From a bacterium (GTDB lineage Bacteria > Patescibacteriota > Microgenomatia > Woykebacterales > RBG-16-39-9b), in NCBI GenBank assembly GCA_030704665.1, contig JAUYID010000009.1, positions 586,460 to 650,459 on the forward strand: DNA of 64,000 nucleotides, given 5' to 3'. The position numbers were made by a program, and so were the translations under genes. This document shows, piece by piece, positions 1-10,594 of the stretch (positions are counted from its first letter, which is position 1; each line of letters opens with the position of its first letter). A model generated the notes under the pieces. That model was not told the DNA's origin. It was given only the letters and a program-made list of their open reading frames with translations, and ran no database searches.

Positions 1-1
1 A

Positions 2-850
2 CACACGATTGTTGTTGCCGCCTCCGCTGCTGATTCAGCGACGATGCAATACATCGCCCCTTATGCCGGGACTGCCTTTGGGGAGTACTTTATGTCCAAA
101 GGCAAGGATGCCTTAATCATCTATGATGATTTAAGTAAACACGCCTGGGCCTATCGTCAAATTTCCCTACTTTTGCGCCGTCCCTCCGGACGAGAGGCCT
201 ACCCGGGAGACGTTTTTTATCTCCATTCACGACTGCTGGAACGAAGCGCTAAAATGAACCAGGACTACGGTGGTGGTTCTCTGACAAGTCTGCCAATCAT
301 CGAGACCCAAGCAGGAGACGTTTCTGCTTATATCCCAACGAACGTTATTTCTATTACTGATGGGCAGATTTATCTTGAGGGTGACCTTTTTTACGCTGGA
401 ACCAGACCGGCAATTAACGTCGGGCTCTCGGTCTCCCGTGTTGGAGGCTCGGCCCAAGTCAAGGCCATGAAACAAGTAGCCGGAACCCTTCGCCTTGACT
501 TGGCTCAGTACCGCGAACTAGCTGCCTTCGCGCAATTCGGTTCTGATCTTGATCCCGAAACCAAAGCTAGGCTGCAGCGTGGTCAAAGATTGACAGAAAT
601 TCTCAAACAACCCCAATACCAACCACTCCCGGTTGAGCAACAAGTTGCTCTTATTTGGGCGGCCACCAATGGTTTTCTTGACAGCATCGAGCTGGAAAAA
701 GTTGCCGATTTCAAGGAAAGATACCTTCTCTTTCTTGCCAATAAAAAGGTCAAACTTCTTTCCGATCTTAAGGAAAAACAAACCCTGGAAGACAAATTGA
801 GCGCAGAGCTGAAAAAGGCGACTGAGGAATTTAAAAAAACTTATAAATAA
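2..850 (+). CDS. atpA: F1F0 ATP synthase subunit alpha (5'-truncated by window)
   Basis: Motifs [29 protein letters not shown] and [12 protein letters not shown]; followed by atpG/atpD. Confidence 0.98.
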   Translation, partial: HTIVVAASAADSATMQYIAPYAGTAFGEYFMSKGKDALIIYDDLSKHAWAYRQISLLLRRPSGREAYPGDVFYLHSRLLERSAKMNQDYGGGSLTSLPIIETQAGDVSAYIPTNVISITDGQIYLEGDLFYAGTRPAINVGLSVSRVGGSAQVKAMKQVAGTLRLDLAQYRELAAFAQFGSDLDPETKARLQRGQRLTEILKQPQYQPLPVEQQVALIWAATNGFLDSIELEKVADFKERYLLFLANKKVKLLSDLKEKQTLEDKLSAELKKATEEFKKTYK

Positions 851-853
851 CTT

Positions 854-3179
<2,326 letters not shown>

Positions 3180-3614
3180 ATGAAATTGGAAATAGTTACT
3201 CCAGAAAAAAAAGCTTTTGAAGATGAAGTTGATCAAGTGACTCTGACCACAACTGAAGGACAGATCACTGTTCTTCCTCACCACATCCCGGTTTTTACTC
3301 AACTTGCTTCCGGTGAAATAGTCGCGAAAAAAGCTGGCAAAGAAGCTTTGCTTGCTTCAGGCGGGGGCTTTGCCGAAATTACGGGAGATAAAGTCTCGGT
3401 TTTGACTGACCTGGCTGATCGCCCGGAGGAAATCGATGAGAAAAAAGTTGAAGAAGCGAAGAAAAGAGCTGAAGCAGCCATGAAGGAAAAACACCTGCTT
3501 TCTGAAGAAGAGTTCGCTGCCACTGCCGCAGCTCTCGAAAAAGCTCTTGCTCAGCTGAAGATAAAGCACCGCCGGCGACCTGCTACTACCCTAAAAACTG
3601 AAACTAGTCTTTAG
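3180..3614 (+). CDS. atpC: ATP synthase subunit epsilon
   Basis: LEIVTPEK, GQITVLPHHIP and SGGFAEI-like motifs; operon position. Confidence 0.96.
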   Translation: MKLEIVTPEKKAFEDEVDQVTLTTTEGQITVLPHHIPVFTQLASGEIVAKKAGKEALLASGGGFAEITGDKVSVLTDLADRPEEIDEKKVEEAKKRAEAAMKEKHLLSEEEFAATAAALEKALAQLKIKHRRRPATTLKTETSL

Positions 3615-3616
3615 CC

Positions 3617-4465
3617 ATGAACAAAAAATTCACTTCTACCCCATCCAGTCTTTGGGATAGCGTTTCAAGCGAATATGAAGACACCTCCTTTCATCGCAAA
3701 GATGGTCTATACCCGGCCAACTCCTTTCGCTACGAAATCCTTTTTGATTATTTGGACAAGACCCCCAAAGGAAGAGTCCTTGATGCTGGCGCTGGACCAG
3801 GATTGATGACCCGTGAACTACAAAAACGTGGTTGGGAGGTTACTGCTTGTGATTACTCAAAGGGGATGATTGAAACTTCAAAGAAAAAAGCTAGGCAAGA
3901 GGGTTTGCCTGATGTTTACCAACAACTAAAACTCCAAGAGCTTGGGAAATTGGACCAAAAATTTGATTATATAATCCTCAACGGTGTTCTTCCCTATATT
4001 TCCGAGAATGAAGAAACAAAAGTTTTTGAAGAAATAAAAAAAGTTCTCAACCCAGGAGGGATCCTCATTGGCTCTCATTACAATCTTTACTTTGACATTT
4101 TTGGATTTGATCGCTGGGCAGTGGAGGCTGTCACAAAGAATATCTTACAACCGTCTGGTTTGGATGAAGCGGAGATAGCTAAAGCCAAAGAAAAAATAAC
4201 TTCCCTACTCAGGCAACCAGAAGAAACTCTCGATAAAGAAAAAACAATGAAACTAGAAGATCCAACTGGTTACAAATTTAAACTGAAAAAATTTGGTTTT
4301 GATGAGTTTGATCAAGCTTACTACAATCTCTTCTATCTCCCGGCAAAATTTGAAGCAGCTCAAAATCAAGAAACCAGGGAAAAACTAGAAAGAAAACTCC
4401 GACGAGACCCAAAAGGATTACTCCTCTATCGAACTTTCGTTTCTTTTGCCAAGCTGTCTACCTAA
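3617..4465 (+). CDS. Class I SAM-dependent methyltransferase
   Basis: VLDAGAGPG motif I, FDYIIL and VLNPGGILI. Confidence 0.85.
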   Translation: MNKKFTSTPSSLWDSVSSEYEDTSFHRKDGLYPANSFRYEILFDYLDKTPKGRVLDAGAGPGLMTRELQKRGWEVTACDYSKGMIETSKKKARQEGLPDVYQQLKLQELGKLDQKFDYIILNGVLPYISENEETKVFEEIKKVLNPGGILIGSHYNLYFDIFGFDRWAVEAVTKNILQPSGLDEAEIAKAKEKITSLLRQPEETLDKEKTMKLEDPTGYKFKLKKFGFDEFDQAYYNLFYLPAKFEAAQNQETREKLERKLRRDPKGLLLYRTFVSFAKLST

Positions 4466-5023
4466 ATCAAAAATTGTTTTCACCCGGCGCAGCTCTAGTT
4501 TGCTTTCTTCCTCAGCCTGCCAATTTATTACATATTTCTCCCAATCTTTGACTATTTCACTCCTAGCCTTTTCAGGAAAGAAAAAAGCTATTTCAGAACT
4601 TCCGACAGGAGCATAGTTTTCTAGCGAAACAACAATAAAAGGAATTTCCTTCAAAACTTTTTTTCCTTTTAAATAATAGCTCAGAAGGCTGTGGTGACCA
4701 TCAAAAAGAATTAGTTTTGAATTTGGCCCGAGGACAAATTTTATGTTCGGTAAACCCCGATTTCCATAAATATGGGTATTTTTTTCAATTTCCTCTGACA
4801 ATTTTTCAATTTGCTTCAAATCACGTAAACCGGATTTATTGTGGAGAGGAACTGCCTCCCCAAGAGAAAAATCTGCAAAAAAGCTTTTCTTTTTCGTTAA
4901 ATCCTTTTTCCAGTTGCCTTTTATTCTTTCAATTATTTTGTAGGGAGAATCCTTTTTTGTTGTGAAATTTGCTACGAAAACACCCATCAATGTTGGAATC
5001 GAGATAGTGACAAAACTTTTCAT
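4418..5023 (-). CDS. Hypothetical protein with ParB/Srx-like N-terminal nuclease motif
   Basis: LILFDGHHSL resembles the ParB/Srx DGHHR motif; start uncertain. Confidence 0.5.
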   Translation of the reverse strand: MKSFVTISIPTLMGVFVANFTTKKDSPYKIIERIKGNWKKDLTKKKSFFADFSLGEAVPLHNKSGLRDLKQIEKLSEEIEKNTHIYGNRGLPNIKFVLGPNSKLILFDGHHSLLSYYLKGKKVLKEIPFIVVSLENYAPVGSSEIAFFFPEKARSEIVKDWEKYVINWQAEEESKLELRRVKTIFDLGRQLGKRNESSIEE

Positions 5024-5172
5024 GGCTTTAAACAAGTCACAAAAATATTTTTGCTGCTAAAAGCGGAGTTGTTCATGATTAGGAGGCTATTTTAACCTGA
5101 GAAGTTCTATTTGTAAACAAAGCTATTAAAAATTGAAAATCGAGGCTATTTCTGTTAGAATGAATTTTCTTT

Positions 5173-5206
5173 GCTGGCCCTGTCACTTCAAACGTGACTG
5201 GTCAGC
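5173..5206 (+). repeat. Hairpin starting with a tRNA-Glu 5'-end mimic
   Basis: GCTGGCCCTGTCAC-TTCAAAC-GTGACTGGTCAGC; GGCCCTGTC versus tRNA GGCCCCGTC. Confidence 0.55.
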
Positions 5207-5218
5207 CGAGTTTGACTC

Positions 5219-5295
5219 GGCCCCGTCGTCTAGCGGTTTAGGATACTTGGTTTTCATCCAAGAGATCGCGGGTTCAAATCCCGCCGGGGTCACCA
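5219..5295 (+). tRNA. tRNA-Glu(TTC)
   Basis: Cloverleaf; anticodon arm CTTGG-TTTTCAT-CCAAG; GGTTCAAATCC T-arm; encoded CCA. Confidence 0.97.
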
Positions 5296-5365
5296 ATTTG
5301 ACTGATATAGCAATATAAAACGCTACTTTTTGACAACATCTCAATAATTCTTCATACTTACATCA

Positions 5366-6265
5366 ATGCTCGATAATAATGTGCCCAACCCCTTCGCCAA
5401 AAACCCTAATTTCTACACCCACAAAGTCTTTGCAGCAGTCGGTCTAATCTTGATTGGAACTATTATTGCCGCTGCCGGTATCTGGTACTATGTTGAGAAT
5501 CAAGCAGGGGCCAAAAAAGATTCAGCGGACAAAGCTACGAATTTGCAGCCAGCCTCATCATCAGCGCATACTTCGACTCAGACAGAACAAATCACTTGGA
5601 TGCAAACTGCAACCGGTTGGCAAGCCAGTGGCACACCACCAACTTGCCCGAGCCCAGTTTTGAAAACTCCGGTGGCTTTGACCAAAGTTACTTCGATACT
5701 CTACCCTGGACAAGTGAGGGGAGGAAATTACAAACCGCACGGGGGTTTTCGCTTTGATACGGCTAAAAGTAGCAGCGTGTCCGTCAGCGCTGCCATGGAC
5801 GCGGTCGTTGTTCGTGGAAGTCGTTACTTAGTTAATGGGGAAATTCAATATACTTTTGATTTTATTGCACCTTGCGGGATTATGTACCGGCTTGGACACT
5901 TACTTGTCCTGGACTCAAAATACCAAAAAATTGCAGCTTCTTTTCCCGCTGCAAAAGAAGGTGACTCACGAACAGAAAATGTAAACCCGCAGGTGGAGGT
6001 CAATGCGGGTGAAACAATCGCCACTGCTGTCGGAATAACAAAAGGTGGCTTAAATGTATTTTTTGATTTCGGTGTCTACGATCTCAAAACCAAAAACCAA
6101 GCTTCAAAAGATGCTGCTTGGGCAGCCAAACCGGAGCACGATCCGGAATTGGCCCAACACGCTCTGTGCTGGTTTGACCTTCTACCAAGTACCGATACAT
6201 CCAAAGTCAAAAGCTTACCAGGCGCAGATGGGACCGCTGGTAAAACCAGTGACTACTGTAAATAA
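5366..6265 (+). CDS. Membrane-anchored extracellular protein, M23-peptidase-like fold (possibly degenerate)
   Basis: N-terminal TM helix, S/T-rich linker, KPHGGFRF and YRLGHL...VNAGETIA resemble M23 motifs. Confidence 0.5.
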   Translation: MLDNNVPNPFAKNPNFYTHKVFAAVGLILIGTIIAAAGIWYYVENQAGAKKDSADKATNLQPASSSAHTSTQTEQITWMQTATGWQASGTPPTCPSPVLKTPVALTKVTSILYPGQVRGGNYKPHGGFRFDTAKSSSVSVSAAMDAVVVRGSRYLVNGEIQYTFDFIAPCGIMYRLGHLLVLDSKYQKIAASFPAAKEGDSRTENVNPQVEVNAGETIATAVGITKGGLNVFFDFGVYDLKTKNQASKDAAWAAKPEHDPELAQHALCWFDLLPSTDTSKVKSLPGADGTAGKTSDYCK

Positions 6266-6502
6266 CACTGCGCGCGCACCAGAACTTGATTCCTTTCAGC
6301 AAGTTTTCCGAACATATAATTGACCCTGCCTCTTGAGGAGACCTTCTCCCAACAGGTTTAACCAGACTCTCACCTCGAAATGTTCGCACAGTTCCCAAAG
6401 GTTTACGGATCCGGAAAGTACTCCAACAGCAAGGATGGGGAGCATTCTCTTTTCATTACACATATCGTTGATAAAACTCTCGTTTTTATCTACAATACTA
6501 CG

Positions 6503-7195
6503 GTGGCTGAAACAAAAGAAGCAATTCTCAATTTAACTGACATTCACAAAATCTACAAAACTAGCAGCGAAAATACTGTTGCTCTAAAAAATCTTAACTT
6601 GAGAATAAAAAAGGGTGAAAGTATTGCCATCATCGGCAAATCTGGCAGTGGCAAATCCACTCTCATGCACGTCATGGCCACACTCGACCGACCTAGTAGT
6701 GGTGAACTGAGTATCAATGGTGTCTCAACCACAGAACTGAAAAACTCTGCTCTTGATGACCTCAGAAACAAAACATTTGGTTTTGTCTTTCAGCAATTTT
6801 TCGTCAATCCCCGCAACAGTTGTCTCGACAATGTCATCCTGCCTCTAGTCATTGCCGGTGTCAAAGCAAAAGAACGCCGAGCTCGCGGTTTAGAAATTCT
6901 TGAATCAGTCGGTCTTATTGACAAGGCGAAAGCCAAGGCCAATGATCTATCTGGAGGACAGAAACAAAGACTTTGTATCGCACGGGCCCTAATTACTCAA
7001 CCCGAAGTCATCTTTGCTGACGAGCCAACCGGAAATCTTGACAGTGAAACTGGGAAAATAATTATAGATTTGCTTTTTGACCTGCACCGCAAACACAACC
7101 TTACTTTGGTTGTCGTCACCCATGATCAAGAACTGGCCGACCTATGTGACCGGCAAATTATTTTGAAAGACGGAGTCATCATCCAGGAATCCTAA
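6503..7195 (+). CDS. ABC transporter ATP-binding protein (LolD/MacB-type)
   Basis: GKSGSGKST, LSGGQKQR, ADEPTGNLD, VTHD; GTG 6503 lies 6 nt after TACAAT. Confidence 0.93.
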   Translation: MAETKEAILNLTDIHKIYKTSSENTVALKNLNLRIKKGESIAIIGKSGSGKSTLMHVMATLDRPSSGELSINGVSTTELKNSALDDLRNKTFGFVFQQFFVNPRNSCLDNVILPLVIAGVKAKERRARGLEILESVGLIDKAKAKANDLSGGQKQRLCIARALITQPEVIFADEPTGNLDSETGKIIIDLLFDLHRKHNLTLVVVTHDQELADLCDRQIILKDGVIIQES

Positions 7196-7199
7196 AAAA

Positions 7200-8468
7200 A
7201 TGAGACTTTTTGATATTATTCGCACAGCCCAGGGAAATTTATTACGCAGTAAACTGCGGACTTTTCTGACTATTGTCGCGGTTTTTATTGGAACTCTAAC
7301 GCTGTCTCTGACCAACGGTGTCGGCAACGGTGTCAAATCCTATATTGATAGTCAGCTTGGCAACGTTGGAGCTAAAGATGTACTTGTAGTTCAAGCTAAA
7401 CAAGTCAATCAAAATCCGGTTTCGACTGACGTAGTCAAATACGATCCAGATCGCGAAACTGGAACTTTTAATATCACTCTACTTACGAAGGAGGATATTT
7501 CAAAAATAAAAGGGGTAAACGGAATTCTTGAAGTCACACCAGCCTATTTCTTCCAACTTGAGTATATTAGCGCTGGTGGGGAAAAATACAACGTCACCGC
7601 CAACCAATATGTAGAGGGCTTAAACATCGAAATGGCTGCTGGCAGAACAGTGGGCATCGATAGCACCGATGAAATTACGATTCCAGCTCGTTATGTTAAA
7701 CCTCTAGGTTTTTCTTCAAACGGAAATGCTCTTGATAAAGAAGTTAGTCTATCTTTTAAAAATGCCCTTGGGTTTTTGACTGAAACCAAAGTCCGGGTAG
7801 TTGGAATTCAAGAAAATTCTCTTTTGGGCAATCTTGATAGTTCTATTGGTGCGCCTTTAGCTAAAAAAATTGTTGAAGAACAAACCGCGGGTATCACTCA
7901 ATTGGAAAACAAGTTTCAAGCGGTCTTTGCCCGCTTTGATCTCAGCCTTAGTAAAGAGAGCCTTGGAGCACTAAAAAAAGATTTGGACGGCCTGGGCTAT
8001 TCCGCAGTTAGCATTGAAGATCAGATTGGTGTCGTCAACCAAGTGATTGACGCAATTCTCATGGGGCTGAATATTTTGGGCGGTATTGCCTTGCTCGCCG
8101 CCAGCTTTGGCATTGTTAACACTTTGCTGATGGCCGTCAACGAGCGCACCCGTGAAATTGGTCTGATGAAAGCTCTCGGAGCTCACCGCCGGCACATCTT
8201 TGCAATCTTTGCTTTTGAAGCGATTAGTATTGGTTTTTGGGGAGGTCTACTGGGAATACTCGTCAGTATTGGAATAGGAACCGTCGCCAACAATATCGCT
8301 TCGAACTCTTTTCTGAAAGACTTTGTCGGTTTTGATTTACTAAAATTCCCCCCGCTCCCCTCTTTAGTAATTTTACTAGGTATAATGCTCTTAGCCTTTA
8401 TCTCAGGAGCATTACCGTCGATAAAAGCAAGCCGCCTCAATCCAATTGAAGCTTTGCGCTATGAGTAA
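7200..8468 (+). CDS. ABC transporter permease (MacB/FtsX-type)
   Basis: ERTREIGLMKALGA and C-terminal ASRLNPIEALRYE. Confidence 0.93.
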   Translation: MRLFDIIRTAQGNLLRSKLRTFLTIVAVFIGTLTLSLTNGVGNGVKSYIDSQLGNVGAKDVLVVQAKQVNQNPVSTDVVKYDPDRETGTFNITLLTKEDISKIKGVNGILEVTPAYFFQLEYISAGGEKYNVTANQYVEGLNIEMAAGRTVGIDSTDEITIPARYVKPLGFSSNGNALDKEVSLSFKNALGFLTETKVRVVGIQENSLLGNLDSSIGAPLAKKIVEEQTAGITQLENKFQAVFARFDLSLSKESLGALKKDLDGLGYSAVSIEDQIGVVNQVIDAILMGLNILGGIALLAASFGIVNTLLMAVNERTREIGLMKALGAHRRHIFAIFAFEAISIGFWGGLLGILVSIGIGTVANNIASNSFLKDFVGFDLLKFPPLPSLVILLGIMLLAFISGALPSIKASRLNPIEALRYE

Positions 8469-8553
8469 TAAAATTTCTTTTGACAACCAAACCAAGTCCT
8501 TCCTTGTTCGTTGCAAAATTTCTTTTTAGTTCTTAAATTTTAATCTTACAGAT

Positions 8554-8931
8554 ATGGAAACCAAAGTAAATTTCAAAGGAGGTGTTGTTTTTTTGACCCT
8601 CTGCGATTTCACTGATGAAACAGAAGCAGAGGAAGTCATCTATTGCGTTGAAAACATTTTCGCAAAAGCGAAACCCCCGATCGCGGCTTTGGTTTTTCTT
8701 GATTGTTACCGAGGAAGTACGACCAAAACCCGCTTTTTGGTCGGAGAATTTTTGAAAAACAAAATGGATCAAGTCAGCAAAATTGCCTTTGTCGGTAGCA
8801 AAAACAAGCCTTTTGAGATCGCCACTATGGTCGTCATGGCTCTCTCCGGTTTTCACAATTTCAAATTTTTTACAAGCGAAAAATCTGCTCTAGCGTGGGT
8901 CAAAGTACCCGCCGCTGAGTTGGTGAGGTAA
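8554..8931 (+). CDS. STAS/SpoIIAA-like protein
   Basis: KIAFVG...FKFFTSEKSALAWV resembles the SpoIIAA-like C-terminus. Confidence 0.6.
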   Translation: METKVNFKGGVVFLTLCDFTDETEAEEVIYCVENIFAKAKPPIAALVFLDCYRGSTTKTRFLVGEFLKNKMDQVSKIAFVGSKNKPFEIATMVVMALSGFHNFKFFTSEKSALAWVKVPAAELVR

Positions 8932-8993
8932 CTTCCTACCACTATTAGCCGCAACTTGCTATAATGAAAAACGCAATAGCTAAATTCTAAAAA

Positions 8994-9734
8994 GTGGTTT
9001 TTCTGATTCACAACAGTAGAAGAATAGTTTACCTTTTCAGTGCTCTGACAGCACTGACGATTTTTTTTCTCGTTCGGGAGTTATTTCCTTCTTCATCCCA
9101 ACAAACAACTCGTCTCGTCCAAAGCTATGCCTTCACCGCCGTCATTTATATTTACTTCGCTCTCTTGGCTAGCCCAATCTACAACGTCTTTCCGTCTCTA
9201 CCCTATAAGCCTCTTTATTTGACTGCTCGCAAAGCAATTGGTGTTTCAGCCTTTTTCTTTGCTTTGCTTCATGTCAGCTTCGCTCTGTTTGGCCCTCTGG
9301 GTGGTTTTCATTTGACTAGTTTCTCGCAATTAAATTTTCATTTTTCTCCTAGTCTTGAGGGTTTTCTGGCTCTTTACTTTTTGCCGATTTCTCTTTTCTT
9401 CCCCGGAATTGCTTTGTTGAGTGAACGCTACCAAATTGCCTTGGTTTTTAGCTCCATAGCCTTTGTTATTTTGTCTCTGATGGCCCTGACTTCACTGGAA
9501 TATTTCGTCATTAAACTTGGCCGCAAGTGGAAAATTCTCCACCGCTTCGTCTACCTCGCCGCGCTAGCGATAGTTATCCATGCTCTTTTGATTGGAAGCC
9601 ATTTTACAAACCTAAATGGGACTGTTCCGTGGGTTAGTTTTCTGGCTCTTGCTTTTTTACTCGTACTTGAAACCATTCGTTTTTATAAATTTCTGGTCAA
9701 AAAATCCCTACTGAAAAAAATGTCTCAGAAGTAA
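8994..9734 (+). CDS. Ferric-reductase-like transmembrane protein (MsrQ/YedZ-like)
   Basis: RKAIGVSAFFFALLH and LGRKWKILHRFVYLA...IH heme-ligand histidines. Confidence 0.8.
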   Translation: MVFLIHNSRRIVYLFSALTALTIFFLVRELFPSSSQQTTRLVQSYAFTAVIYIYFALLASPIYNVFPSLPYKPLYLTARKAIGVSAFFFALLHVSFALFGPLGGFHLTSFSQLNFHFSPSLEGFLALYFLPISLFFPGIALLSERYQIALVFSSIAFVILSLMALTSLEYFVIKLGRKWKILHRFVYLAALAIVIHALLIGSHFTNLNGTVPWVSFLALAFLLVLETIRFYKFLVKKSLLKKMSQK

Positions 9735-10024
9735 TCTAAAAAGAGGATTTTCCCCTGTATTTTGTCTCTGGGAATCAGACCAAGTTTGCGGCTGTCCAAA
9801 CTATCTTCTTTTTTGTCTCCTGACAAAAAGTAGCCGTTGTTGTCTTTTTCCGTAATTCTTTTTACAAAATTTTTTCCTTGCCAATCAAAAACAACTACGT
9901 CCCCAATCTTTGGTTTTTGAAAAAAATAGGCCCAGTGATTTACCCAAACTAGCCTACCCTCGGTTAGTGTTGGCTCCATGCTGTGGCCTTTGATACGATA
10001 GCGGGAAAAAGGAAACAGTTTCAC
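9725..10024 (-). CDS. sodX: Nickel-SOD maturation protease (S26 family)
   Basis: GHSMEPTL, VKRI and SLDSRKLG; overlaps the sodN stop. Confidence 0.85.
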   Translation of the reverse strand: MKLFPFSRYRIKGHSMEPTLTEGRLVWVNHWAYFFQKPKIGDVVVFDWQGKNFVKRITEKDNNGYFLSGDKKEDSLDSRKLGLIPRDKIQGKILFLDYF

Positions 10025-10515
10025 TTGTGACTAACGATTTCGCCTTCGGTTGGAAAGCCTGATTTGACCCGAACCACTTCTAGCCCTTTGGATTGATAAA
10101 AAATCTCAGCAAAATCCTGAACCAGTTTCAAAAGTTCCTCGGATCCTTCCAAACTAATTTCTTGTTTGGCTTTTGAGGCTGCTTTCATAATTTTGAAAAC
10201 TTTTTCGTGCAAATCTGGGTACTTCTCAATCTGCTCAGTTTTGAAGTAGTCTCCCCAAATGACTCTAACCTCATTTTTTACTTTTTCGGCGTGTTCCTCT
10301 TTTACTTTTGTAAGGCGGCTGATTTTAAAGTCTGAGCTGTTGTCAGCCTTATTGTCATCAGGATCGTTTTTTACTTCACTCAAAAGCTTCGTCATTCTGA
10401 TGACAGTGTGAGCTGCAACTTGAGCTTCATGAGGATCATAAATCCCGCAGGGGATATCACAATGAGCGAAAGCACTTTTAACTGGGAGAACTTTATCTAA
10501 AATTTGATTAAACAT
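10021..10515 (-). CDS. sodN: Nickel superoxide dismutase precursor
   Basis: Ni-hook HCDIPCGIYDP after a 17-aa propeptide; VIWGDYFK. Confidence 0.95.
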   Translation of the reverse strand: MFNQILDKVLPVKSAFAHCDIPCGIYDPHEAQVAAHTVIRMTKLLSEVKNDPDDNKADNSSDFKISRLTKVKEEHAEKVKNEVRVIWGDYFKTEQIEKYPDLHEKVFKIMKAASKAKQEISLEGSEELLKLVQDFAEIFYQSKGLEVVRVKSGFPTEGEIVSHK

Positions 10516-10594
10516 AAACTACCTCCTTTATATTTACTTTCTATTTTGCCGTTAATTTTCCTTCTCTTCAAGAGCCAAGCGGAGCGAGAATCAG

